Shown piece by piece: positions 1 to 11,391 of a stretch of 64,000 nt of DNA. Source of the stretch: Amphiscolops sp. MND2022 (Eukaryota). The position numbers were made by a program, and so were the translations under genes. Numbering within the stretch: the stretch's first letter is position 1; each line of letters begins with the position of its first letter. The notes below the pieces were generated by a model. The model was not told the origin of the DNA. It saw nothing but the letters and a program-made list of their open reading frames with translations, and ran no database searches. The stretch spans positions 69,378,001 to 69,442,000 of the forward strand of contig OZ076410.1 in assembly GCA_964187785.1 (NCBI GenBank). Reading direction: 5' to 3'.

Positions 1-91
1 CTTCTGTACCTTTTGCAGACCTCGACCTTTCAGTTCAGCCACCTCAGTCGTTTCCGTCCATTGTCTCTTTTCTTCCTCCTCCTCAGCGGCA

Positions 92-583
92 ATGACTTCT
101 TCTTCTAAAACAACAATGAAATCAACTTCTAGACTAACTAATACTACTGTTTCCTTATACAATCCTCATTCTTTAAAGGCTGCAATCTTCAAAACTCTTG
201 CTCTCAAAATTGGCAACGAATTGAACAATGGAACAATTGCCCCTTCAACCCGCCAGGCTTTTTTCAAAAGTATGTACAACAGCTTTTTACTCACCTCAAA
301 AAAGATTCCTTTTGAGCAATACTATCGCTTACATGTTTCAGGACCCACAATTGCCATTTGTGAGACCAAATCAAACAATGTCTTTGTCCTCACTCATACG
401 TCTTTCGACCAAAACATTTTCTACTTCTTACATGCAGTACAAGAAGCCGTAGACGCTTTCAATGCAGTCCTTCGCGATTTTGTTTTTTTTTCAAAAAAAC
501 TGGCTCCTTACGACCCGACCAAACATCCTACTCAGCCAAATCCTTCGACCCCCTCTCAAAGCGTCCAACCTCGTTTGTTGTAG
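92..583 (+). CDS. Orphan ORF (163 aa), no recognisable family
   Basis: Open 163-codon ORF with a protein-like middle section (AFFKSMYNSFLL...IFYFLHAVQEAVDAFNAVLRDF) and a P/S/T-rich tail; no motif recognised. Confidence 0.35.
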   Translation: MTSSSKTTMKSTSRLTNTTVSLYNPHSLKAAIFKTLALKIGNELNNGTIAPSTRQAFFKSMYNSFLLTSKKIPFEQYYRLHVSGPTIAICETKSNNVFVLTHTSFDQNIFYFLHAVQEAVDAFNAVLRDFVFFSKKLAPYDPTKHPTQPNPSTPSQSVQPRLL

Positions 584-584
584 A

Positions 585-750
585 AGTTTCGTCATCCTCG
601 TTGTAGTCTTCAACCCTCTTCACCTTCTTGTAGCAGCTTCGTCATCCTCTTCCATCTTTCACCATCTCCACCTTCTTCTTGAAGCCGTTTCGTCATCTTC
701 GCCGACTTCACTCAGCTTTCGTCGACTTCTTCTTGCAGATCAATCACCAT
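585..750. repeat. Low-complexity degenerate repeats (TTCGTCATC(C/T)TC-like units)
   Basis: tttcgtcatcctcg, cttcgtcatcctct and tttcgtcatcttcg recur among cttctt runs. Confidence 0.5.
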
Positions 751-1942
751 GAACTTCTTCAGTGTCAAATGATCCAAACTGTTTCAAACTGAACTTTACT
801 CTAACCAAAAAATAGATATAGCCCCTGTTTAATCAATAATTATAATCATGATATTCTTTAGCTGTAGCCTTATTTAATCATAACCTATACCTATGATATT
901 CTCTAGAAGATATAGTCGCAACAATATTTCATTGTATTCTCTAGATACAGTCTACTAATCTTGTATAATCATTTCTAGTGCTATCTTGTGGATAATACTT
1001 TACATTACATTACTATAACAATACATTTTCGTCTATTTTTTTTTATAGTACAAGCTTCTTGCTTTTTGAGCAATATGATACTTTTCAAAGATTGAACCAC
1101 TTCTCAACGTCTTCTGAATTATTCTTGAGCTAAATGACTTCTTTCACTTTCAGTCACTACCCGCCAATGTTGGTTCACAACTCATTGACAACGTCTTCCA
1201 TAGCACATAAAAAGTTTGATATATATCGTCAACAAGGCCGACGAATGGACGCTTTATTGAAATTGAATCCAAATACATAAACATGTTGTCAAACAATAAC
1301 TAGAACCGAAATGTCGGTCAAAATTACTTGACCTTTTGACTTTCAATAACTCACACCAAAGTGAACTGAACCGCACCGAAAAAAATTGAACCGCTCTAGG
1401 TAGCTCTCAATCCTTAAGTATAAAACACTCCTCAAACATACAACACACTTTACATAACACCTGAAAAACAACAAGATACGAACCATTCACTTCTCCAAAT
1501 CTGATGTTCGACACTTTTTTCAAAAACCCGGTTGATTGTGATACATGACCTCAAAAATTTCTTATAGAACTTTCTAGAACTTTTTCTCTTTGACAAAATT
1601 ACATATGACATCTTGAAGTTAACTTAATCTATTTAGTGAAAGCTCTTACCATCCAGATATTGTTACCCACTGATCTATTTAATACAGACTCTCAGTAATT
1701 TGATATGACAACCCACTATTCTGTAATCTATTTAGTGATTGCTTCAATATTTAGATACTAGCCCACTAATCTATAATCGATTCAGCGATGCTACTTCATC
1801 TAGACAGTTATTGATGACAGATAAATTATTGATGTACGTCATGACATATCTACTCAGAGTTTACTTATATCTCTCAATAGATAGATTTTCGCTCAGTCTA
1901 TAACTAACGAAAGAAATAGAAAGGTATACTCCGAAGACTTAG

Positions 1943-4169
1943 CTAAGCATTGAAAGAGATCTCTAATATCATCAATAGCGGCTTCGGCTTAGAATGAAAG
2001 TAACTTCTTATAGAAACACCTAAACATACTCTACCCCAGAACCATAAATTCAAGCAGTACGCGCCTCGCAAGCGTAACATTAAGAAATCCACCATTGTCG
2101 TCTCCTCCAGCATGCCAAATATCTGTTCGTAGACTTCGAGAGAACACTGCAGAAACAGATCCACAGTAATATCTTTGTGCACAACAAACTGCCGACCATC
2201 AATCCGATTATCACTCAAGACGCGTAGGAGCGAAGAACTACCTCCATTGATGGACAAAGGTAGTTGACTCGTTATAACACAGTCTATCACTCGTGACAAC
2301 GAAGAAAACTCGGCCCTGGGTACTTGCTGCCCAAAAGAATCTACGCGAACACAGGTTTCTTGCAACTCAATCTCGTCCCAGGTGCGCACGACACAATAAA
2401 CGCCATCAGCATGATCCTCAATAAAGATACTGTATTCCTTGAAGGCTGCAATGCGGGCGAATAGTGAACACAAGATTCGTGGAAACAGAGCTCGACAAAT
2501 CAACGACTAAACAAAACAAGCATATCTCGAATCAAAACACCACCCAAAGGTTACAAAAGAGCTCAGTAGGAATAAACCGAACACACATAAAGTGATAAAG
2601 TGATTGAACATGAACATAATATGCAAAATGATGACCATTCCACATTTCCTACGATACTTAAGTGCTACAATTACATCTCAACTCATACACAAAACTACCT
2701 AAGGTGACAACAAAAACGCGAAAACCAACTATCCAACGACACTGCCCGGCTCCATTTCAGTTTATACATTGGATTTTCTGGACCCAATGTGGCGCGGAAA
2801 CAGCCCCAGAGATGTCGCAGCAACACATAACTGCCTCCAGCTCAAAGCAACTCCAGAAGACAAGTCACCAAGGTCATTAGACAAATTAAATGCCGTCCCA
2901 GCTCTCCCACTCCACGAGTTTCCATCGACACATCGCGCTCAAATATAGAGTAAAAAGACTCTGTAAAGACGCAACAACTGTAAAAACAAATTGCAACATC
3001 TGTACGGGATCCCGTCCCAAAGAGTTCGAAGACTGGATGCCCTTTCACCATGTCACGGTGAAGTCGGTTACGCGAACTATAACTTCGGGTGCGACGTCGT
3101 GACGTCCCAGCGTTCTCCAAGCTAGTCTCAACGCTGTTCACCAACTCCTCGAATCCTGTAACATAACCATATCAAATCATTATAATTGCCATGAAGGGAC
3201 AAAACAAAGACATCAAATCAAACTCTGACACACCCAGGAAAGGCAAAAAACACAATTAATCAGGTAATGAATTTCTGAATTGAATGATGCTAACTAGCTA
3301 CAAACGGTTCTACGGACCGAGTCTCGAGCTCCGAAGCAACCAACTCTCCCAATCGTGCGACTTCACGAGACGACAGTGCGGCGACACCCTCCTCTCTTTG
3401 ACCGTCGCTCTCGACATGAAACTGAACCCGAGATCGCGACTAGGAGACCAGACACACGGCACGTTTCCGTTTTCCAGTCAATGACGTCGAAGCAACGACT
3501 CCAGGATCTCTCGACACTAAAACACAAAATACAACCGGTGAAGGGAAACAAGAAACATGCGGAATAACTCAATCCTAGATCTTGACTATTCCATACTCTT
3601 AAATATAACCAACGAAGCCTCACACATTGAACACTCACAAAACACAACAAAACTTAGATACTTCAATGAGCAGATACCTCGTTTTGCAATCCGTGACCTC
3701 GCCTTAGTTCCAAAAGCTTCTTCAAACAGGGGTAATGAAGATGAACAGGGTACATCAGCACTTGCCCCTTCCTCCACACTTCCAAATTTTTTGGGGAGCA
3801 AGCACTCTCATCTACATGAGAGGAAAACGCGCCAGAAGCATCGAGACCTCCAAATGAACCAGGAGCGAAGAATAGATCACGCAGAGGCACATCAAGTTCA
3901 TCCTGACCAGAACCACTAGAAAGTAGTTCGGCAGGGGCACAAGCAAATTGAGACGAATTGGTTTCGTCAACAGCAGTAGTAGGAAGTGAAGCAACCTCAC
4001 CAGCTAAGTTGAGAGCACAAAGACCTTGAGTTGCCAGAACGTTGTCTGCAGAACAAAACCCACCCACAGCGACGTCAGGCACTCCAATCACAGAAGAAGA
4101 CTCCGGAACAGGCTCTAAAACAGTACTTCCGAATCGACGCGTCAGAATATCTAAGCTGTGGAAATACAA
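1943..4169 (-). pseudogene. Antisense accessory gene of element A (Zn-finger/hAT-like family), decayed
   Basis: GHPVFELF, SIFERDVSMETRGVGELGRH, LFPRIL...YSIFIED...VVRTWD, SINGG and MVDFLMLRL...NLW align by eye with the copies in D, E and F; acceptor atgttacag|GATTCGAGGAG near 3157. Confidence 0.65.
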
Positions 4170-4967
4170 GAAAACAGAAAATGCCTATCTGTCAAAATAT
4201 TTTTCATGAAAGCTTAATGGATCGGGGAATAATAAAGTAACCAATTGCCGGCCGGATAACTCGATCATCAGCGTCATTCTGACGCACATAGCCTTCAGAG
4301 AAAAGAAACTGTTTCATTTCGAATCTGGGCACAAGGATCAACTGGGGCACAAACCAGAGAAGTGGACATTATTACAAACAGCTGAAAATCTTAAAACAAA
4401 ACAAAATGGAAACAATGACCAAAACTGATGCCTTCAAAACGGTGACGAAAACTAAAAGTGTTATTTCACCAACGAAATTGTCGTCGGCAAAACGTCGACA
4501 AAAAAGATATGAGGGTTTAGAGACTAATCCTATAATCTATAATGACATCATCAAAACGGTGACCAAACTAAGTTACTGTTGGTTAACTAAAGTGACGTCA
4601 CTATAACAGTGGCAAATTAATTTGAAGTTAGCTATGTGCTAACGAAACTGACGTCAGCAAAACGTTGACAAGTTCGATTAAATGTATTAACTTAACCCTC
4701 AATCAATGAAATACGGTGTTGGCTAAATGCTAACTGGGAAAAGGAAAAAGAATAACTCGCCAATCAAAACAAAGAAGATTATTCATTCTAACCCCAATTA
4801 ATACTGGAATTATTGGTAAACAATCAATAATCAGAAACAGTTGATAAATGGAAGCCCTGAAAAAGGTCTAGGAATTAGTTGATATATCCTCGGCCAGTGA
4901 GGTTGAAGGAATTGACTCAGAAAGAACTTCAACTCCGCTTCCCAGGCCTCAGCAAACGAACTACCGT

Positions 4968-5569
4968 GTGATGCTGGGAACATTACACGGATCAGCTTGC
5001 TCTATGGTCGACGAAGTAGAATACTTCAATCTTTCTGCAGACTCTCTTGGAAATAATTGCAAAAGAATGCGACTTAACTCCAGCTTTGAATCGCTGTGCG
5101 CAGACGAAATAGCAAATTCTGAAGCCGAAGAGGAGCAATGCCCAGTACAGGATTATGTTGACTCGCCAGAAAGCCCCGATCCGTCGCTAAATTCGGACGT
5201 GTTTGTAGTGGAAAAACCCCACGCGGTGATATCGTCGACTTTGTAAGACAGGCGACAGAAGACGATGCTGACTCATATTTTGTAACCCCACCTGGCCCAT
5301 TAAGAACTTGGAGAGAGCCACTGAATGACTTAGAATACGAGAGAGGCCCAGCCGTAATGCAACTGTCAAGAGACAACGGCGCTGACCCGAACGTATACGA
5401 ACTGCAATACCCTTTCCCTCAACCAAGATTCCCGGGAAAAGTGATAAGACCCATGACGGTGGCCCTGTCACAGTCCGCTCTCGGACTGGGTTGTGGGTGT
5501 CTAAGAGTTGGTTTCAGCCGTGGTCATGGTTGCACCGCAAGGTTTGCAAAAACTTATTTTAACTACTAA
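4968..5569 (+). pseudogene. Short sense ORF before/into the 3' LTR of element A, fragmented
   Basis: ORFs 4968-5246 (acidic, S-rich) and 5357-5569 sit where ORF3 lies in F; codons CTG TCA CAG (LSQ) span the candidate LTR start, like LSP in F. Confidence 0.4.
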
Positions 5570-7573
5570 AAACTAACAGATAAACTGTGACTAAAAACGA
5601 ACAACGTCTAGATGACGAAAATTTTCAGATATTAAGGAATACTAAAGGTTGAACAGATTAATATTGAGTTCAAGCATTTCCGCTGAGTCGTTCAGGCCAC
5701 GAATTAAGTGATCACATTCTACACCTGAAAATTAAACTAAAACTGCGTCCTAGGATCGAAATCATAGACTAATCTAAACGAAAAACAGATACAAAATTAT
5801 ATCTAAAAAGAGAGCATATTCAGATCTAAAATGAAAACCACTTTGAAATACAAGTTAAGAAATTACGCCTCGTCAAACTAAGGCTAGTTAAATGCGTTTG
5901 AACAGCAATTTGTGTAATTTAGAACAACGATTTTGCGCTAAGCAAACAAAGCGTCAGTGAGAATAAAGAAACATGTACATTTGTCGTCACTAGGACGCGG
6001 ACAAGTTTTGGAAGTATACCAAGTGACGTCACTGCTCCGTCGATGTACACCAGAAAATCATTCCGATTATCCGCCAGTATGACCTCATGGCCTTGGCAAT
6101 TAGCTAGAAATTGTTCTAAACATTCGTCAGCATTGCGTCAAATTAGTCAAAATCCTACTTCTGCCAAGAAAACTTGTCAACATGACGTTGACAAGTTGAT
6201 GAAATCAAATAAACTAAGTGAAGCTGCTAAACAAGTTGTTATTAATCTTAAAACGCTCCCGATATTAATTTAAATGCAATTCTCCGTAGTATATGAACAA
6301 AAGTCACAGTTTATTGTTGAAGTTGAAACAAGCTAAATGTATTTTATACTGTAAACATATTTTCATATGCTTGTACTTTTATTTTCAATCCTTTAAATGT
6401 GTGCTTCATAACCTTAACTGTGGCTATATTTGCGCAAACATGTCGTGATTTAACTCGTAAACTTTTTGTAAATCATCACCAAAAGATGCTGTTGATTAAA
6501 TATGATGCTCTCCAATTTGTAGGCTTGTCGCATTTGTCGCGACAGACCAAAACTACTACTAATGCGTTGATTTATGTGTTGATGTTTGTAAATGCTGTTT
6601 TGTCCCTAATCCAATATCCATCTTTGCAGTCTATTCAGAATATATTCCTAGCATCGTTCAAATAATCATAACACAAGAATTAGTAATAGCATTTGTCCAA
6701 GTAAAATTTCAAAATCAGGTATTAGTTGTTCACGTATGCGTCATCTCCGCGTTAATTTTCCTACGGGTCAACGCGGTAAAACAGGAATCATTTCCGGTTT
6801 GACTCATTGAAGTAATATCTACTTTGTGCTTTGGAGCAAACAAAAGGGCGCCGGAATGAAATGACATGATTATGGTTGATGAATAATACTAGATTGGAAT
6901 TATCGTGTCTCTAAATTTGACAAAATGTCGACACAAATTTATGATCCGAATAATTTTTTCATCTGAAATACAGGAAATGACTAACAGTTTGAGGAAAATT
7001 AAGGATTTACTCGTGATCAAATGATGCTAGGAGGGTATATACATGATGCTCTTGGATGATTGAAAGACTCAGTCTTTTGCCTTTATTAAAACCAGTTGTA
7101 CTGTTTAAATGCTAAAAAACGATTTTCTACTTGAAATCATAATAGACATCGAATCGGAAACAAAATTTTTCAAATTGTCTACAACTAGAAGCCAGAAAAG
7201 CAAGAATTATCAGCAGGAGAGCTCGAATAACGTAAGTGAAGGTTTAACTTCACCTGTTTTGAGCAAGGTCGATATCCACGTAGCTCAGGACGTCCAGATA
7301 CAGGTCCTTCAAACCCAAAATCACCTAGAAAAGAAAATAGCATTATATAAAGCTTAAGGATTTCTCTGAAAGATGAAATCACATCGAAAATTAAAACCCT
7401 ACTAGCTGAATCTCAAAAGGAAATGTTAAACTTGCTAAAATCCAGGGCAAATGCGAATTCTAGAGAGGAATCCAAAAATTTGCCCGAAAATGAAACAAGG
7501 AGTTTCTATGCGCAAACTAAATCAGTCAAGATAAAATTGACACAAAATAACGACTCGTACGCCGGTCGTAACA
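5466..7573 (+). repeat. Putative 3' LTR of element A
   Basis: Starts TGTCACAG (other family LTRs start TGTCRC), TATA-like gggtatatac near 7033, ends CGTAACA; last ~400 nt encode a broken Gag-N-like peptide (STTRSQKSK...QNNDSYAGRN). Start position inferred. Confidence 0.5.
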
Positions 7574-7770
7574 ATAAGCTATTGCTTTTTTTCTGAAAAA
7601 TTTCTGAAACACTCTCAATATAAACGTCTTGATTTATTTTAACATCAAACACTACCCAGGTTGAAATTGCTTGAAGTTTTTACTGCTTGAAGTTTTCGTA
7701 GGTTGCTAGGATTTCTCATGATTGTATGCAACTTGTGTATGAAACTTCTATTCATCAAAGATTGACTGAT

Positions 7771-9064
7771 TCAGTTTATTTTCATCAAGCTACCTAGAAG
7801 ATGCATCCTTAAGTTTAGGGTCAATTTCGTGCGGAACGATCCGTCACGGGCCGAAAATGCGAAAAAGAGAAACGGCAAGGCTGGTTGTTCGAATGTTCCG
7901 AAAGCTGTTCTTACTGAACAGACACGGGCTGTTCCATCAGGACCGGGGTGCAGAGATACGATTCTTCCCAGACGCCAGATTCCACGGGGGTCAAATCTTT
8001 GTCGGGTGGACTTGTCAAATCCGATTTGGAGCGGATGCTTGTCTTGCTTCCATTTAGAGCGTTGATGAAGAGTAGGCAGATACTCTTTGAGGAATCTATC
8101 CCTAAAATGGTACATTACTTTCTGAACGTCTTTCCATGACTTGCAGGACAAGGGTTCCTTCGTATCATTGAAAACTCTTGGTGGCAGGTTGGCGTGTGGC
8201 CTGTGAAGTAACAAATGATTCGGTGTGAGTGGCTCTTCGTTATTGGGTTGGTCTGCTACATGGGTAAGTGGTCTGAAATTCAGCATCAGTTAGGTTTCAG
8301 TTAAAATTGTCTGGAAAAAATCGAGCGTCAAATTTTTCGAGCCGAAAATGGATAGTCCTTTTAGCTGTTTGTATCATCTTTCCCAAACGCCAACGAAGTG
8401 TGGAGCAAACGGTGGGTTCAAGTCCCAACGCATTTCAATGGACTCAGGAATATTGTCACGACGTTTTTGTGCTGTCACTGAAGGATTGTTGCAATTCACG
8501 TCGAATACAACGGAATTGCTACCATTGTCTGATCTTAGAAGTTGTCGTTGTCCTCGCCTGGCAACGAATCGTCGGAAGGCGTTGAAGAAGCTGTCACTAG
8601 TCATAAAAGGACATGAACAAGATGACAATCGCGAGTTACCAGGCAGTTGAATATGATGGCGTAGTGCTTTTCCAACTTTTTTCCATTGCTGATAAAAAAG
8701 GTCCAAACAAGTCGATACCTGTTTGAGCGAAAGGGAAAGGCGCATCTGGTGACGGATACCGGAAAGGAGGTAGCGGAGCCATAAAAGGTTGAATGTTTTC
8801 GGCGCGAAAACGGCGGCAAGCGAAACATATGTGACTTAGGCTTCGAAGCGCGATAATCAGATAACGTTGTTGCAGGAAAGCTTTCACGTATTCCGGACCG
8901 GTGTGGTGGCAAACGGCATGCGAATGCTCAACAAGAAGTTTCACGAGGGGATTCTTAGCGTCTAGAATGATGGGAAGTAGTGTTGATTCCGCGAAAAGTG
9001 CGTATTTCAAGCGGCCGGTAGAACGAAGGATTCCTTGATCATCGAGGACTGGATTGTACGGCAA
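7771..9064 (-). pseudogene. BEL/Pao integrase and C-terminal (DUF5641-like) region
   Basis: ORFs 8636-9064, 8374-8745 and 7771-8286 carry H-H-C-C, DLFGPF, SDNG, GVWER and LTPNHLL motifs. Confidence 0.85.
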
Positions 9065-9811
9065 AGGTTATCGTGCGCAGATGGACGAATTTTGCGATTC
9101 AGGTGGGCAATTGTTTGGCCTCGTTGGCCAGTGTAGAGCGTTTTCTGTCAAGAACTTTGGACTTTTTCTCCTTTTCCCGGTGATGTCTGTTGGTTTCAGA
9201 CCTCTTGTGCCTTGGTCGGCAGCATTTAGATTGGATGGGAAATACCTCGAATCCGCGGTAGCAGAAGAGCGGGAAATTTTGTCGACTCGGTGAGTTTTTT
9301 CCGGTTTTGGATCCAGTCGAGCACAACACAACTGTCTGTCCAGAAAGTAACAAACGGAAAATTTCGATCGAAACCTCTGCGAATGACATGAAGGAGACGG
9401 ATTCCCAGTAGAGCGACTTCAAGTTCAAGGTTTGGGGTGCTTAAATGTTTGAGAGGGGCGAAGCGACTTTTTCCGAGTACGAAAGTGATTGTAGCAAGTT
9501 TCGGAACGGTATGCGACGGACGGGCGTAAATGACGGCGGCGAATGCTGAAATCGAGGCATCTGTGAAAACGTGTAGCTGGACGGGTGTACAGGGCTGGCA
9601 AAGTTGCCGCGGGACGGAAATAGGAGGCAGGTTTCGATATTGGTCGACGAGTTTAACTACGATCGTGTGAAGATCATTCAGAAATATTTGATCCCATTTC
9701 TGTCTTCGCTTTCAAAAGGACTGGAAAAAACTTTTAAATTGAACGACGAAAGGCGCTAGTAAACCGATGGATGAAAATTAGAAGAGACAAGACTGAAAAA
9801 CTGGCGTAGAG

Positions 9812-10345
9812 TTAACGGCGTGAGTGCGGGCTTTGGCGGAGGAGCAGCGTATATGTCATCAGTCCGACACCAAGTCTGAACCAGGACTCTAGTTGTTTGA
9901 ACGGGCTGTTCTTTCTCGGATTCTGGAAGATGACTAATGGCGGCGGAGTTGATAGATAAGAGATTCGTGAGACGGAACCTCGCAATAGGACGTTGCCTAA
10001 GTCTTCGGTAGGACGACGAGCATCGGACACATTTGTAAAAGACTTAATGAAGTCACCCATGTAGAAGTTGTTTTGGACGGCTTGATCAACGTCCGGGATC
10101 TAAATCGATTGGCCGGCGGCGCATTTTTGGAGTACGAAATTTGCACAACACGGCGAACAGTTTGCACCAAAACTTAGGCGGATGTATTGGTACTGGCAAA
10201 TTATGTTGTCTTCCAACCATAGAAAACGTAAGCCTGACTGGTCTTCTTTACGGATTGCTACTTGCAAGAACATGCTCTCGATATCAGCAAGGACACCATT
10301 GGCATGTTCTCGAAAACAGAGAATCAGTTCGAGCAAGTCGGCCAA
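9812..10345 (-). pseudogene. BEL/Pao reverse transcriptase fragment
   Basis: LLELILCFRE...ADIESMFLQV...LRFLW...RLSFGANCSP; YMDD motif decayed to YMGD. Confidence 0.85.
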
Positions 10346-11391
10346 AAGGTCAGGACCAGTCAGAGCCTGGTATTGAGAGAGCAGCCCTTGAATTTTGAGG
10401 CTGCATTCGTGACGTGACGAACTTTTTCTAGGTTGTTTGGATTTTCAACAGGGTGTATTGTCAGATAACAAATTTTATCAGGATGGGGATGTCGTTTGAT
10501 GACAGGTTCGACGTAAATCAAGGCGAGATCTTTAGTGAGGGCTTCCTTGTATTTCTGTAAGACAATCGGGTTGTCTCTCAGACTTGTCGCAAGACTACGG
10601 GCTCACTGACTGCCGCAAAGTAATTATTTGGAAGCGTTGCAGAAGATTTTCAAGGGAGGTCAATTTCATAGCATTCTTCATTGTGATGACAAGTTTTATT
10701 CAAGATGCGGAGGGCTTCTTTGTCTTCAAGGAAAAGTTTTTTTGTCGGTAGCTGGTTCAAAACTGGCTTTTTCGATGGTCCAATACGTTTCTAGCTCGTC
10801 AGTTGAAAGTTGAATTTTGGGAGATGGCGAGTGAGAGTCAAAGTAAACTTGGTGACACCTGGGGGTGAGTTTTTCCTTTTTTGGGTGCGTGAATTCACCG
10901 GCAATGGTCCACCCAAGTTCTGTTCAACCCCTGCGCGCAATTCCATTCCAGTGCGTGAGTTAACTGCACGCAAGCTGTACCAAGGAGTATTCCGACTTTA
11001 CCATTGTCGATATCCGGGAATTTTAGATGTCGATGTTGAGGAGATTGTTGGCAGAGTTCGTTCTATTCCTTCGTGTCAGCGGGGTGCAAGTTGATGCTGG
11101 GAGTGGAGAAGACGTTCAAACAGGAAAAACTCTCTCGTGGTCAGCGTATGGGGCGAGAAGAACATGTGTAGAAGAGACCGATATCGAGCGAGAGATACTC
11201 AAAAACTGTACATCTAAGTCCAAGTTTTCACTGGTTTCCGAATTGAGGGCTTTCGTGATGTGATCGAGGATATACGTACCAGTACTTCCTGGATTAAAGA
11301 GAACGTGGGTATCAAAATATTTGTCATCAATGATAACTGACACTTTGAAGGACTGAAAACAAGTTTTTCGGGAAAATCTCAAAACATCGAT

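Larger units (their letters stand above)
1943..7573 (+). mobile_element. Element A: 3' portion of a Gypsy-family LTR retrotransposon (antisense gene, short sense ORF, 3' LTR)
   Basis: Same order of parts as complete element F; ends GGTCGTAACA at 7573 followed by ATAAG with no PBS. gag-pol not in window. Confidence 0.6.
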
